Source: Eledone cirrhosa
Lineage: Eukaryota
Reading direction: 5' to 3'
Length of the DNA: 64,000 nucleotides
Assembly: GCA_964016885.1 (NCBI GenBank)
Contig: OZ024746.1
Coordinates: 72,664,001-72,728,000 of the forward strand
The translations under genes and the position numbers were made by a program. Below the pieces are notes generated by a model, which worked only from the letters and a program-made list of their open reading frames with translations, searched no databases and had not been told where the DNA came from. This document shows positions 11,635 to 36,207 of the stretch, piece by piece (the stretch's first letter is position 1; every line of letters begins with the position of its first letter).

Positions 11635-12060
11635 ATGTGACAGTGGAGGTGGATGTTCTCAAAGTAGAGTAGCCAGAGTAAGAACTGGTTGGAAAAAAAG
11701 TTCAGGGAGCTATTATCACTGTTGCCTACAAGAGCTTTTCCCCCTTAGAATGAAAGGCTTGTGTGCGAATGGAAATGAGACCTGGGCATTGTGTGCAGAA
11801 AACCTATGAAGATTGGAAAGAAATGAGGCAAGCATGCTCCGGTGGATGTGTATTTGTAATGTTCATGAACGTTGAAGCATCAATGAGCTGAGAAAAACTG
11901 GCATAAGAGAAACCAGGTACAGTGTGCAGGAGAGAAGAATATGATGGTATGAACGTGTGCTGCATATGGAGGATAACAGCTGCATAAACAAATGCACTCA
12001 AAGTCAAGGGAACCTATGGACAAGGTGATTGGCGACATGCAGTATTACAGAAGACTCACC
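11635..12060 (+). mobile_element. Decayed RTE LINE 3' fragment
   Basis: SGGGCSQSRVARVRTGWKK and NGNETWALCAE match the 1082-1640 copy. Confidence 0.8.
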
Positions 12061-13735
12061 TCCTTACACAAGTGGGACAGAACAAACATGGAAAGGATGG
12101 TAAATGAAAAGACGGCGGTCCCCGTCTGCAACCACCCCCACCTCCCATCTTTGTTCCCCCTCTCCATCTAGTCAACCCACATACTTTAGGCCTCCCAGTT
12201 TAGTATTCCCTCACATCCTTCATCGTCCAACCCATGCCATGGAAAGGCAGACGCCGCCTCCCACCAGGCTTCCTCTACTTTAGACCCCCACAACTACTCA
12301 CATTCTTCATCGTCAACAACACAGTACCCACATAGATCGCCAATTCGCCTTCCTTGTCTAGCTCAGGCCAGCAAGAAAAGTCGGTCCCCCACACACATAA
12401 CATACTACAAGATGTTATTCACTCTCTACAAGGCCAGCCCCACCACCTGGTGCTTACTCTCCTACTGTAGGATAACTCCCTTTCTCCCATCATCAAACAA
12501 GATATAGTACTCCCCGCTTCCTACCCCTACTCTCACTTTACACACATACATGCATGCAACTCACATTACTGCCTTCCCAGCCTGGTCAAAGATACAGGTG
12601 GTGTCCTAGAGTTGTAATAGGATAGTGCTGGTACCACAATAAAATGTTCCCAGTCAACATTGTGGCTGGTGCCAAGAAAAAAACTGCTCGTGAGGGTGCT
12701 TGGTTGTTCCAGCGCATCAGCCCTGCCATCACCCGAGGTAACACTGCAAGCGTGCTGGCTTGCCTAAAAAATTATTAAAGAAGTTTCCCAGTGCTCTTCG
12801 CAATACTGTTATCTTTTGCTCTGGTAGCAGCTCAGTTGTCCACCCCTTTCGCTTGCCTTTAGTATGTGGTCCTAGAATTGTGTGCTACCTGTTTCTGTGT
12901 TTTTTTTTGTTTTCTTTCCTTTTCCTTTATATTATATTTGTGTGCTTTCGTTCTGTAAGCATTGTATTATTATATTTCTTTTTTATACAACTGTGAAAAA
13001 ACCATACAGTATATTGACCCTGTAAGGTCATGCTCGCATTGCAATGAACTGCTCTCAGTACACACCGTAAGGTGGTTAACATTAGGAAGGACATCCAGCC
13101 ATGGGATCCATGTCAAAAATGGAATGTGAGCTAGAAGTGGTCACCTGATCGGGACAACCTATCTAACCCATGCAAGCATGGAAATTAGAGCAGTAGTGTT
13201 GATGTTCACTGTGTGTGTATATGTATGTATGTATATATGTTGGGTCACTCTTGAGTGCTACTGGTAACATGTAACCCAGTACAACCTGCAAGACAAAAAA
13301 CAAAACCTGACAAAGGGAGGAAGAATTCATAAGAGTCAACGGCCATCCAAAAATGTGTAAATATGTATATACACATGTATATATGTATGTGCGGGGACAT
13401 AGAAATAGTCGGCCTGGGTACCCGATCACGCAGTTAAACCACGGGGAGTGAAGGACTCTTAGCCTTTATCAGTGCATTCTTCGAGGAGAAGGCAACTCAG
13501 GAAACTGGGATAACTCCAACATAAACCTGCGGCTCAGTAGTTACCAATGATGGTGATCTTTTCTTCTTTTCAGGCTATAACTACTGTTGCTCAGAGAGTA
13601 GGATTGGCTCAGTGCACAGTCTTTCCTCACTTTTAAAAGAATCTTCACACACATTGCACGATAGAATTAATTAATAATTATTAATAATGGTATATCGTGC
13701 AATGGCCATACTTGAGGGGGCAGCCATCATGTATG

Positions 13736-13783
<48 letters not shown>

Positions 13784-14013
13784 TATCTAGCTATCTATCC
13801 TTATACACATACACACTTGTTGTGGGGGAGGTCGCGGCCTAGTTATGTAGTTAAGGTGTTTACTTTGTGTGAAATTTTGGAAAAAAAATTTTGGAGGAGG
13901 CAAAGTAACAAATCTTTGAAATTTTCGGTTCAAAAGTCGGTATTTGCTTAAAAATGTTTCCTCAAAAAGAGAAAGTTCTCTCTCATCTCTGTCTTTTCTT
14001 TCTTTTCTGCTAG

Positions 14014-14243
14014 GTGTGATTGAGACCACAGGAGAAATGTGTCAAGCCAGAACATCCTATTGCCAGGATGAGATACTTTGGGGTCACCGTTTCCAGCAAA
14101 TAATTCACTTTTCCCAATCAACGGAGCGTTGGTGTGTCAACTTAGATAATTTTGATAAAATCACTGAAGTTACAATACCAGAGTTCAGTGGCAAACATAT
14201 AGAAGCTGTCTTCACAGGTTCGATGCTTTCACATCACTCTTAA
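14014..14243 (+). CDS. Kir channel, coding exon 3 (joined CDS 1134 nt, 377 aa)
   Basis: Pyrimidine tract plus TAG acceptor; G-loop (G)VIETTGEMCQARTSY, EILWGHRF, NFDK; TAA at 14241-14243; phases match exon 2. Confidence 0.9.
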
Positions 14244-14309
14244 CATGGCTTCATTTGTTTTATTTATATTTGTTATATGTATTTTTATTAACCGTTTTAA
14301 GACAGCCTT

Positions 14310-14560
14310 CAGATCGAGAGTTCGATTTCTGAACCGGGCGGCACGTTCTATCCTTGAGCAAAATGATTTATTTCACATTGCTCCAGTCCATTCAGCTGGC
14401 AAAAATGAGTTGTACCAGTAATTCAAGGAGTCAGCCTGGTCACACATTGTGCCACACTGGATGCACGTGTCTGTGAAATACTCAAACACTTACATAATAA
14501 TTTCCCGGACAGTCAGTTCTGTTGATTGAATCCCGCATCAGAAACAACGAAATTCCAACA
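14310..14560 (+). mobile_element. tRNA-SINE fragment (CCTTGAGCAA core family)
   Basis: GAGTTCGATT B box; CCTTGAGCAAAA...TTTCACATTGCTCCAGT as at 5069-5105. Confidence 0.7.
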
Positions 14561-14699
14561 ACTATTAAGACAACTGGGATAATCTACATATGCATTTTGT
14601 ATTATAAAAGAAGAGCTGATATTTGAAGAAAATATACATCTGTATATGCGATGAGCCCATGTATAAAATATAGTTATACACACTCACACATGTTCGTTA

Positions 14700-15225
14700 T
14701 TGATAATGGTTTCTGATTTAGGCACAAGGCCAACAATGTTTTTGTGGTGGGGAGCAAGTCGATTAAATTGACTCCAGTGCATTATTTTATCGACAGGTAA
14801 GGACGAAAGGCGAAGCTAACCTCGGCGGGATTTGAACTCAGAACGCATAGGAACGTAACTATATTCTGCGAAGCATGGTGTCCAACGCTCAACCGATACT
14901 ACCAACCCATGGCCCTCTATAATATTGGTTTCAGAAAGTGAACCCAGATCGTAAAGGGGCGTAATCCTATACCATAAAGCATGTCAGATACTCTACCGAT
15001 ACTGCCAATCAACTTCCCTTATTGATAATTGTTTCTACGTTTGGCACAAGGCCAGCAATTACCCAGTCCATTACTGGTACTTTATTTTATCGACCCCGTA
15101 AGGATGAAAGGCAAAGTTAACCTCGGCGGAATTTGAACTCAGAATGGCAAGGGTCGTAACTCTATACGTCAAATATGGCGTCCGACCCTCTACCAATACT
15201 GCCAATCCACCGCCCCTTATTGATA
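14700..15225 (-). mobile_element. Cluster of three (ATT)n-tail SINE copies
   Basis: Reverse complement of the 5636 family; 15022-15215 is highly similar to 5636-5825. Confidence 0.85.
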
Positions 15226-15288
15226 ATGACAGTAGATTAACCCAGTTGTCTTAGATATATGTGTGTGTGTGTGTATGTATATATGAAG

Positions 15289-15343
15289 ATAAGGTGAAAC
15301 AATTGTTCTCGGTATGGTGAACTAACTGTTGTGTAACCACTTC

Positions 15344-15348
<5 letters not shown>
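15289..15348 (+). repeat. Truncated copy of the hammerhead-bearing element family at 63330-63450
   Basis: TAAGGTGAAACAATTGTTCTCGGTATGGTGAACTAACTGTTGTGTAACCACTTCTATAT is the reverse complement of ~63330-63387; the CTGAGGA half is missing. Confidence 0.85.
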
Positions 15349-15401
<53 letters not shown>

Positions 15402-16341
15402 GATATAGTTCAAGTTAAAAGGACACAGCACTCAAAGAACAATGAGTCTTATTAGCTTCACACTTAAAAGAGGAAAAAAGAATGTTTCAACAGATCGGAT
15501 GATTAGAAGTATAAAAAAAAAACATGAGCGCATTGTATTTATTTCTTCTGCGTTTGTGCAGAGTGGTGTACGCATCGTTTGTGATTATGATAATGAGCAG
15601 GAACGAAATATCAATATAGCATCATTGTGTTTATTTTACATGACGCGCATTTTGCTCAAGGTACGATCGATATTGATCGCGCCCTGCTCTGGAAGTGATA
15701 GCTCATCAGAAGTTGTGGATTCTCTCTCTCCCTCTCTACTATATATATATACACACACACACACAAGGCAGTCATACATATAAACTGTTGTGAAATAAAT
15801 AACTTCAAGCCAAAGATTTTAAATGTGCAGTCTGAAAACAAAGACACGGGAGATAACTCAAGTAGTTGCTAGATATTTTAGGGATCTCGAGTTATCGTTT
15901 CCAAATAACAAAGAAAATTTCGATTGATTGTGGTTTTTCAGTTCACTATATTTTATACGTGGATATATATATACTTTTTGAGCCAATGTTTTACATCTAG
16001 ATGTATATATGTATTTAATCATTTATGCATATGTGTGTGTATCATAACCATCATTTAACGTCCGCTTTCTTTGTTAGCAAACCAGGGAGTGATCTGTGTC
16101 ACAGTCAGCACTCTGAAAGGACAGTCAGGAGCACCAGTGTGTGTGTGTGTATATAAAGTTAAGGTATCATATGTATGATGATTGTTTCTCAGCAGAAAAG
16201 CTCATTGGAAGTTTGTACAGAGCATCAATAATTCAAGTTATATGTATATATAGAGAGAAAAGGAACCATATATCATTAGAGAAACATAGTATTTTGTACA
16301 TATATCATTTTATCATCATTTTATGTCCGCTTTTCCCTGCT

Positions 16342-16815
16342 TATAATATTTAAGAAAAAGTACATACTTTAAGGGGAAAAGTATTTCCCTTGTGGTTACC
16401 GTTTAATAGTTCGTAAATCGATATTACATATGTTTTGATACCTTAACCTAGTATATATCTGCTCCAAATTCTTAATTTGTTGTGATGCTAATACTGAGAC
16501 TAGTACTTTGCACCTCTTTCTAGCAGATACAATATCCAGTCCTATTTGTCTTTGCCGCCACGGTTAAAACAATCGTCACACTATGCCATCTATAGTTTTG
16601 GCTGGCTCTCCAATTCCAACAGATATAAAAGTGTTTTGTACTTTACTGGAATTTATCCAAAGACAATTCATCTGATTAGTTTTGTGTCTTCCGTAGCTTT
16701 AAAAAATCAATAGTCGGTAATCGATTTTTACTTCAGTTTATGAACTATGAAATGGTAACTAACAAAAATGAGAACTTTTCCACCTTAAAGTATGTACTTT
16801 TTCTTAAATATTATA
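16342..16815. mobile_element. MITE-like element with ~40-75-bp terminal inverted repeats
   Basis: TATAATATTTAAGAAAAAGTACATACTTTAAGG... pairs with ...CCTTAAAGTATGTACTTTTTCTTAAATATTATA; inner GGTTACC..ATAGTTCGTAAA / TTTATGAACTAT..GGTAAC. Confidence 0.75.
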
Positions 16816-16906
16816 TGCTTTAAATAGATGTACAAAATACTTTGCCTTTCTCTGATATATGACTCTTTTTCTCTCTATGTGTATATATTTTATATTGGTA
16901 GACAGG

Positions 16907-16951
<45 letters not shown>

Positions 16952-17941
16952 GACAGGATATATATATATATATATATACATATACACATTATAAATATGT
17001 ATATATAAAAGGAAATATTGGACAATGTATTCCTTGATATCCAAAAAATGTAGGATGGAACACTTGTGATCATAGATTTGTTCAATCATTGATCTGGAGC
17101 CAAACAACCTGCTCGAAATAGCAGACAATTTTCCCAAATCACACCCAACCGTCTTTAAACGAAGAGAAGTCTGAGATAAAATTTAAAGTTGATATGGTAT
17201 AAAGTTAATCATTGTGGCATGAGAAAATGAAAGACTCTAATCCTTTAGCCTATCTCTCTTTATCTACCTATATTTGTCGTTCTGTTTGCCTGCCTCTCAG
17301 TATCTAAATATCACTCAATTCTGGCGACAAGGAAGGACGTTTGACCACGTCTTCCCAAACAAAATATAATATTTTCACCAAAAACTACCCTTTTAACACA
17401 TGTCAGATGGATTACAATATTCATTATTACAAATACTTTGACTGTTCCCTGACAACTAGTACCAGCTTCAACATAAAATTATTTTAACAAAGTATATTTG
17501 ATTTTCGCATATGTGGACATGAACGGGGGGGGGGGGGGGATCACTACATCCCTTAGGGATCGCAGTAAGTACTTCACAAAATCTATAAAGAACAATATAC
17601 ACACAGATTTATATATAGATACATACCACACACACATATACACACAAGTGAAAAGAAACCACACTATTTCGTGTGAGACACTATACCGGCCAATCTTGCG
17701 TACATTTGTAAAATCTTTCTTAACACTGACTTCACTTCTAACCCACATACACCTTTTAATTATATATATATAATTATATATTCGTGTGCAGATCTTTTTG
17801 CATACAAACACACAATACATAGGAAAACAGAAACAGAAATATAAAAACAAAACATAATGAAACATTTATCTCGTTAACAAATGTGCTAAACTTACACAGC
17901 ATATTTATTCGTTTACATTTATATCTTGTTCTACTGTACGG

Positions 17942-19707
17942 ATGGACAGACAGGACAAAATAGCTATTGTGACATCCATGGATGAAGTGTGCAACAAAAC
18001 TGGGCGATGTTCCAAAATAGAACATTGCCTAGAAAATCAAGTCTGTCATCTATGTACAGAACCAGAGAACTCCTTCCGAAATCGATGGGTCGAATGTGGC
18101 AAATGTCGTGTTTCGGTTTGCCTTCAATGTGCCACAAACTTTCGAAAGATCCCGGGTCAGAAAAAGAGACACCATACTTCTATGATCTAGTAAATGGTCC
18201 AGCTAACAAATTGGTCCTTTCAGTGCCTGGCTTGTATGTCTGCCTCTACCATTGCTGCTGAACAACAACAGCAAAAACCGAAGATCGTATCTTCCTCTAC
18301 CATTGTTCCTGAACAACAGCAAAAACCAAAATCCAAAAAAACCAACGACCACAGCTTCTGCTACTATTCCTGTTGAAGGACTTCATCAACAACAGCAACC
18401 CTTGTCTTCCTCCCCCATTACTTTTCAACAACAACAACAGATGACTGTGTCTTCCCTTATCATGCCTGTTGAAGAAGAACAACAACAAAAATCGACCGTC
18501 AATACGGAGTTTAAGGAAATACGGCAAATGATTTCTGCTTTAAGCCGAGAAATAGCGGGAATAAAATCAAGCGTTCGTGTAGAACCTCACAATGAGGGAT
18601 CTTACCGGAGTGCCTTGTTAAAAAATCTCTGTGTACCTTTTGCCGAATCTAGACGCATTAAGAATGCCACTGAATCTGTAAAGCACTACTGTTTTTGGTG
18701 GCTCTCTCAGACATGCCCTCTGTAGTACATACAACAACATCCCTCACTAGCTATGCTGATGACACTAAGGTAGCACAGGCAATCAAAAACCCGGCTGACT
18801 CAGCCCTTTTACAACAAGATCTGGGTGCCATATACAAATGGGCGGAAGAAAACAACATGCAGTTTAATGCTGGCAATTTCCAAGCCCTACAATACAAACC
18901 TGCAAACACAAATACAGTACAACACAGTTATGCAGGACCAGGAGGGACGGATATCCCCGTGTCAAAATTGATACGAGACCTGGGTATAGACATGAGCAAT
19001 GATGCATCTTTTTCCTCACACATCATGAAAGTAGCGACAATGTGCAGACGACTCGCTGGCTGGATCTTGAGTACTTTCCGGACAAGAAACCGAGACACCA
19101 TGTTAACACTATGGAGGACATTTGTCCTAAGCCGCCTGGATTATTGCTCCAAGTTATGGTCACCCCCATAGTGTCAAACTAACCACAGAGCTTGAGGCAG
19201 TTCAGCGAAGCTACACCAAGAGGATTGTCATGATGAAGGAGATAAGCTACTGGGAGATGCTAAAAGAACTGAAGCTCTACTCCTTGGAACGAAGACAGGA
19301 AAGATACGCAGTGATCTACATGTGGAAAATCCTGGATGGACTAGCACCAAACTTTGTCATTGGGAGCTGGACCAACCTTCGAACACGGTGTCACTGTGTG
19401 GTGCCAAAGGTCCCGTCTTCCACATCTAGAATAAGGAGCAGATATTGCAATACCCTGGGATTCAAGGGCCCTCAACTCTTCAGCAAGATGCCGAGAAATC
19501 TGAGATCTGCATGGTGTGGTGGTGGATGTCTTCAAGAAGCATCTCGACATCTTCCTATCCAGGATCCTGGATGAGCCCACAGCAAGGTACGATGGAAACC
19601 TAAGTGCAGCGGTAACAAACTCCCTCTTACACCAGTGGCTGACCAATACAGGCTGGATATAAAATGTGTAGCAACAAGGGTGGTGCCCCAGCATTGCCTC
19701 AGCCGTA
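17942..19707 (+). mobile_element. CR1/L2-like LINE, internally deleted: PHD-finger/coiled-coil ORF1 fused to RT C-terminus
   Basis: CHLC...WVECGKC....CLQC...WSFQCLAC, Q-rich repeats and a heptad EFKEIRQMISALSREI; then SYADDTK, RDLGI, SRLDYCS.LWSP and LYSLERR. Confidence 0.8.
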
Positions 19708-19717
19708 TGTATATATG

Positions 19718-19748
<31 letters not shown>

Positions 19749-19882
19749 GTATATATGTATATATATATGTATATATGTATATATATATGTATATATGTAT
19801 ATATATGTATATATGTATATATATGTATATATGTATATATATGTATAAATATATATATATATATATGTATATATATATGTAT

Positions 19883-30650
<10,768 letters not shown>

Positions 30651-31950
30651 CAGGGTGTTCGGGATAAATTTGACAAAATAATATTTGGTTGTTTTTTCAG
30701 ATGTTTTAAATTCATTCATGCCCACTAGGCTTTATTTGAAAGTTTAAACCCTCCTTCATTCATATACGTGATGACAACGAGAATGGATGACTGGGAGCCA
30801 CCTGAATCATGGAAGAGAATAACTTGTATCATGATTCGCGCCGGCCATTAAAATAAGGAGATTATGGTCGCTGCTCAATGCTCCCTGAACACTGTAAAAA
30901 CAATCCGGCATGAACAGGAGAATTGCAATGGAGACTACGAGGCTGTGGCTAGAAGAAAGAAACATAACAGAAGATCTGATTGCTGTCGCACAGCAGAATT
31001 CATCGAAAAGCTGCAGAAAAATGTGTTGGAGGACCCTGGCATCGGAATTCGGTCTTTGTCGCGTGAATTGAATGTTTCAGCCTCTACTATGAAAATTGCA
31101 CTCAATGAAGACCTTCGCTACTACTCATACAAGCGTCGCAGAAGTCAACTTCTCACAGAAAAGGCCCGCGAAAATCGTCTGACAAAGGCGAAGAAACTTC
31201 TGAGCAAAGTGAAACATCCTGCTGAAGCACAAACAATCTGGTTCTTTTCCGATGAGAAAAACTTGTGCCAATATCAAAAACGCAACACGCAGAATAACAG
31301 ATGACTTGCATACAGTCCAAAGGACACTCCTCGAGTCATGCAGACTAAATTTTCCCAAACTGTCATGGTTTTTGGATGTGTGTCCTCCGAGGGTGATGTG
31401 ATGCCTCCGCATTTTTTCAAACAGGGTCTCAGGTTGAATTCAGATGCCTACGTGGAATTGCTAACCACTGTAGTTAAGCCCTGAATAACAAGGGTAGCCA
31501 ATAATAGGCCGTATGTATGGCAGCAGGATTCGGCCCCCTGCCACACCTCGGGGAAAAGTCAAAAATGGTTGTCAGCCAATTTTTACAACTACACCAGTCC
31601 CAATGTTTGGCCTCCGAACTCCCCTGATCTTAACCCGATGGACTATTATGTATGGGGCGCTGTAGAGAAAGACACCAATCGCCGTGCCAGTACTACAAAA
31701 GGCCAGTTAATCGACAGAATTAAAGTAGTTTTTGAGGGCCTTCCCAGGGAAAGTGTAAAATCAGCTTGCTCCAGGTTCTGGGCCCGGATTGAGGCTGTAA
31801 TAGACGCTAATGGCGGTTATTTTGAGTAAAACTCTTTGACAATAGTGTAATTTCCTTGTCCATTGAATTTCTTTTAAATCAAATAAATGTTGTAGATACC
31901 AAGCATTTCTTTTTCCTGATGAAACTGTCAAATTTATCCCGAACACCCTG
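30651..31950 (+). mobile_element. Full-length Tc1/mariner DD37D (maT-type) transposon with nonsense-interrupted transposase (30771-31829)
   Basis: Perfect 25-bp TIRs CAGGGTGTTCGGGATAAATTTGACA; TA on both sides; FSDEK, QQDSAPCH-37 aa-SPDLNPMDY; three in-frame stops and no frameshift. Confidence 0.93.
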
Positions 31951-32846
<896 letters not shown>

Positions 32847-34429
32847 GCAGCAGTTGATATTAGTGTTGATTAGTAATAGTAGTTATAATGGTGAAGTTGA
32901 TGAGTGAGGAGCTTGTTCGAATAATGGCAAGTTAGTAAGTGAAGTTTGCCAGTCGAGACAAGCTTTACTATTTTCAAGGAAACAAGAAGTTATACTCCTT
33001 TCTTTTCATGTCTCCTACAGGCTAGAATGTATTTTACTTTTTAATTTATGGTGCAATTGTTTCATAAAACCTAGTTTGACAAATGTGTCCGAACACAGAA
33101 GAATCAAACTCCCACTGTCATCGCCTCCATCTCTGTATTATGAGCAAATGGAGTCCCACGTGCTGGCCAGCAGACAGAATGGAGAAGGCGTTTTCCCGGA
33201 GGATGGTAAGTCATTCATCTCGCGATGCTCACACCTGCGGCTGCCAAGGGAGGTGGGCCAAGGACACCAGAAGTCTCCGCTGCTAAGGGCACAACCGCAA
33301 ACCTGTCGAAGAATGGCTGATACTTGTGGTGTGATGTGATGTGATATTACTATGAAAAAATATTATTTTCCCATGTCATGGATAAGCGTGAACAAATGAA
33401 CAAGACACCGATAATTTTAATGTTTTTATTTGTAATAAATTTACTTCGAAGTCATGTGCAGCAGTGAACAACAGAAAAAGAATATATGTATAATTGTAGT
33501 GTGTCATGAATGCAAGTGCAGTAATATTTAACTAACCTTTGCTGGTAAATTTTCTCAACTATTGTCGGTCTCAGCAAGGCTAACTAATGAAATTGTGTGG
33601 CTGTGTATGTCGCTGCATGGCAAGGCTGAAGGAACCCCAAACCGTATCCTTCAGAGTCGAAAAACTGATTTTCACAGGGGAAAGTTATGTATTGTTTTCC
33701 CTGCATACAGCTGGTGCAGTTAGTCCTTCCACCCGAGGGTCGTACGTCAATCTTAAGGTGGTGTGTTTGGCAGACTAAAAAAAGGAATAATGGGAAAATG
33801 TGTTGAGATTTCACTACATTAGTTTCTCACCCAGATCAAAGCAGGAGCAGCAATCGATAATAGAAGAGGTAGTGAAATGGTAGAATATGATTTGAAAAAT
33901 CTGGGATTAAGATCTATGTTGCTTTTAAGTCATTCTATGTTGAAACAAATCAAATGTGCATTCTGCAATGAGTTGGAAATGTGCGACTAGATGGAGGTAT
34001 AGCTCTCAGTGCTGTATATAATTGCAAGTAGCATGTGTGTCTGCTATACTCGTTTTGATTTACATATATATATATATATATGATCTCAAACAGCCTACAT
34101 ACACAAGTAAGGAACAAGATGGAATTCTGATTGAAGCAGACACCGTTTCAAACTGGAAATGAATTCAAATTCTCCAATGAAAAGGAGTAAGCAGAAAGAG
34201 AATCCAGGGCTATAGAAAACAGACAAAGCCTAAAGCTTCCTTTAAACTTGCAAAAGGACTGCCTCGGTACACTAGGAGATAGGGCCACTTTTCCATAAAA
34301 GTACCTCACTGATTGCAGACCCGCAAGAGATAATTGAGGCACTAAATGAATGCAAAAGCGTTTTCACACCTCCAATGAGTCATGTGCAAATAAAGCTAGA
34401 TGAGTTCTTTAACACTTCTGTATTACACG

Positions 34430-35115
34430 GAGAAATGGCAACCATCAACCACATAGATATAAAGTTGTAATATCATTCATAGACGAAATGAGACCAAAAT
34501 TCAGCAGCTGGATCTGATGCTTTCCCAGCAATCCTCCTAAAACATGCAAGCAAACATTAGCAAAATTACTGCAGATCATCTTCCAAAGATCCCTTGCAAG
34601 TAGTAAACTACTAGGAAAACTGAAAGGTATATGTCCTATCCATAAAGAAGGAAGCAGAGCAGATGCTAAAAACTACAGACCTGTCTCCCTGACCTCACAT
34701 ATCAACAAAGCCATGAGTCAGAAGGAAACTGATTACTTTTCTAGAAGAAAATGGTCTTCTAACCATCACACAGCAGGGTTTTCACCTTGGTAGCAGTTGC
34801 CTTGCACAACTCTTGCAGCATTATGACTGGATACTCAAACAGCTGCTAGACTGTTTGAACATAGATGTAATATATCTCAACTTTGCAAAGTCCTTCAACA
34901 AAGTTGATCATGGAATATACCACAAATTATGTAGCTTTGGCAGAGCTGGGAAACGAGGTGAATAGCTTCATGACTTCTTGAAAGACAGAAGCCAGACTGT
35001 TGCAGCCAACAAGGCCCTCTCAAAGTTAACGTCAATAACAAATGGCGTGCCACAGGGAACCCTCATGGTGGCTCTCTCAGACATGCCCTCTAATACAGAC
35101 AGCCTCCTTCACAAG
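34430..35115 (+). mobile_element. Decayed RT fragment of the CR1/L2-like family
   Basis: NYRPVSLTS, GFHLGSSC, YLNFAKSFNKVDH and GVPQG. It ends in GGTGGCTCTCTCAGACATGCCCTC, which is identical to ~18697. Confidence 0.8.
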
Positions 35116-36047
35116 AAATATATAATGGTCTAGTGACTTTTGGGCCTCCAAACTCTTTCAGTTTAATCCTTTTGATACCAAATTGTCACTGGCTTTTTGT
35201 TACAAAGTTTTAAAGTGTGTATATGTATCTTAAAACACTTCCATGAGAATATTTGTTTCAAACACCAGCTTGATAATGAGAAATGTAATTATATTACTAA
35301 ATACCCCAAAATTCATGATTATTTCAAAATTATTTGAAAATCATAGGCAGTAGCTTTCATGAAAAATATGGTTTTTAAAAAAAAGGGGGGGGGGGGGGGG
35401 TTAACCTTTTACTACCTATCATTTTATTTCTATTCAACTTATGAATCAACTTTTATATGATTTCTCAGCCAGCTTGAAATAGCTGCCAACTTACCTTAAG
35501 GTGAGTCTGTACAATGTTGTTCAAGATACTTTTTTTTTTAATTAAAAAGACAGGATGGTAATGGCTTGAACATCTGTTTGCTCTATCAGGTTGACCTGGG
35601 TTAAACAACAAATCCAAGAATAAACAAAGCATATCTTTATTTTATTTATAAATAACCACAACCTTTTCTTCCTGGTTTCTCTAAGTCAAGGGTCTCCAGA
35701 GTGATTGATATTAATTCCCAGAGCATAGACATGACTACACAGAGGTCAGTGGAACTACCCTCTGGGATTGATTGAACTTTACATTTGTATAATGAAAATA
35801 TATAAAATATTACAATAGAATACAGCTTTGAAAATGTATCTCTGTAAAATTTAATTTTTAAAATGTGCATATGATGGCTTCAGCTCGTTGGCTGGAACAA
35901 GTAAGAGAGTATTATTTAAAAAATTATAAGGACACAAAGTCAGAAGTTAGGACTACCTAAGGCTTCAATAAATTTTGTCATTCAGTTTCATTTTCTCATT
36001 TTATATACCTAAAGTGAAACTTTCCCTGGTCTATTTTCTTCCTCAAG

Positions 36048-36207
36048 GTGATGACGTTTTGGAAAATCCTCTGTATTCAGCCCCATTTCCCAAGAGTATC
36101 TCAGACCATAGCCAGAATGCCTGTGACACCACATCGACTGCATGTTCTAGGGATCAGGCAAGCGTCTCTGATGAAACATCAAAGATTGGAGAGAAGTCAT
36201 CACGAAG
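36048..36207 (+). CDS. Candidate orphan coding exon (phase 1 in, phase 2 out)
   Basis: CTATTTTCTTCCTCAAG| acceptor and AG|GTAAAT donor; open frame GDDVLENPLYSAPFPKSISDHSQNACDTTSTACSRDQASVSDETSKIGEKSSR; no recognisable domain. Confidence 0.4.
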
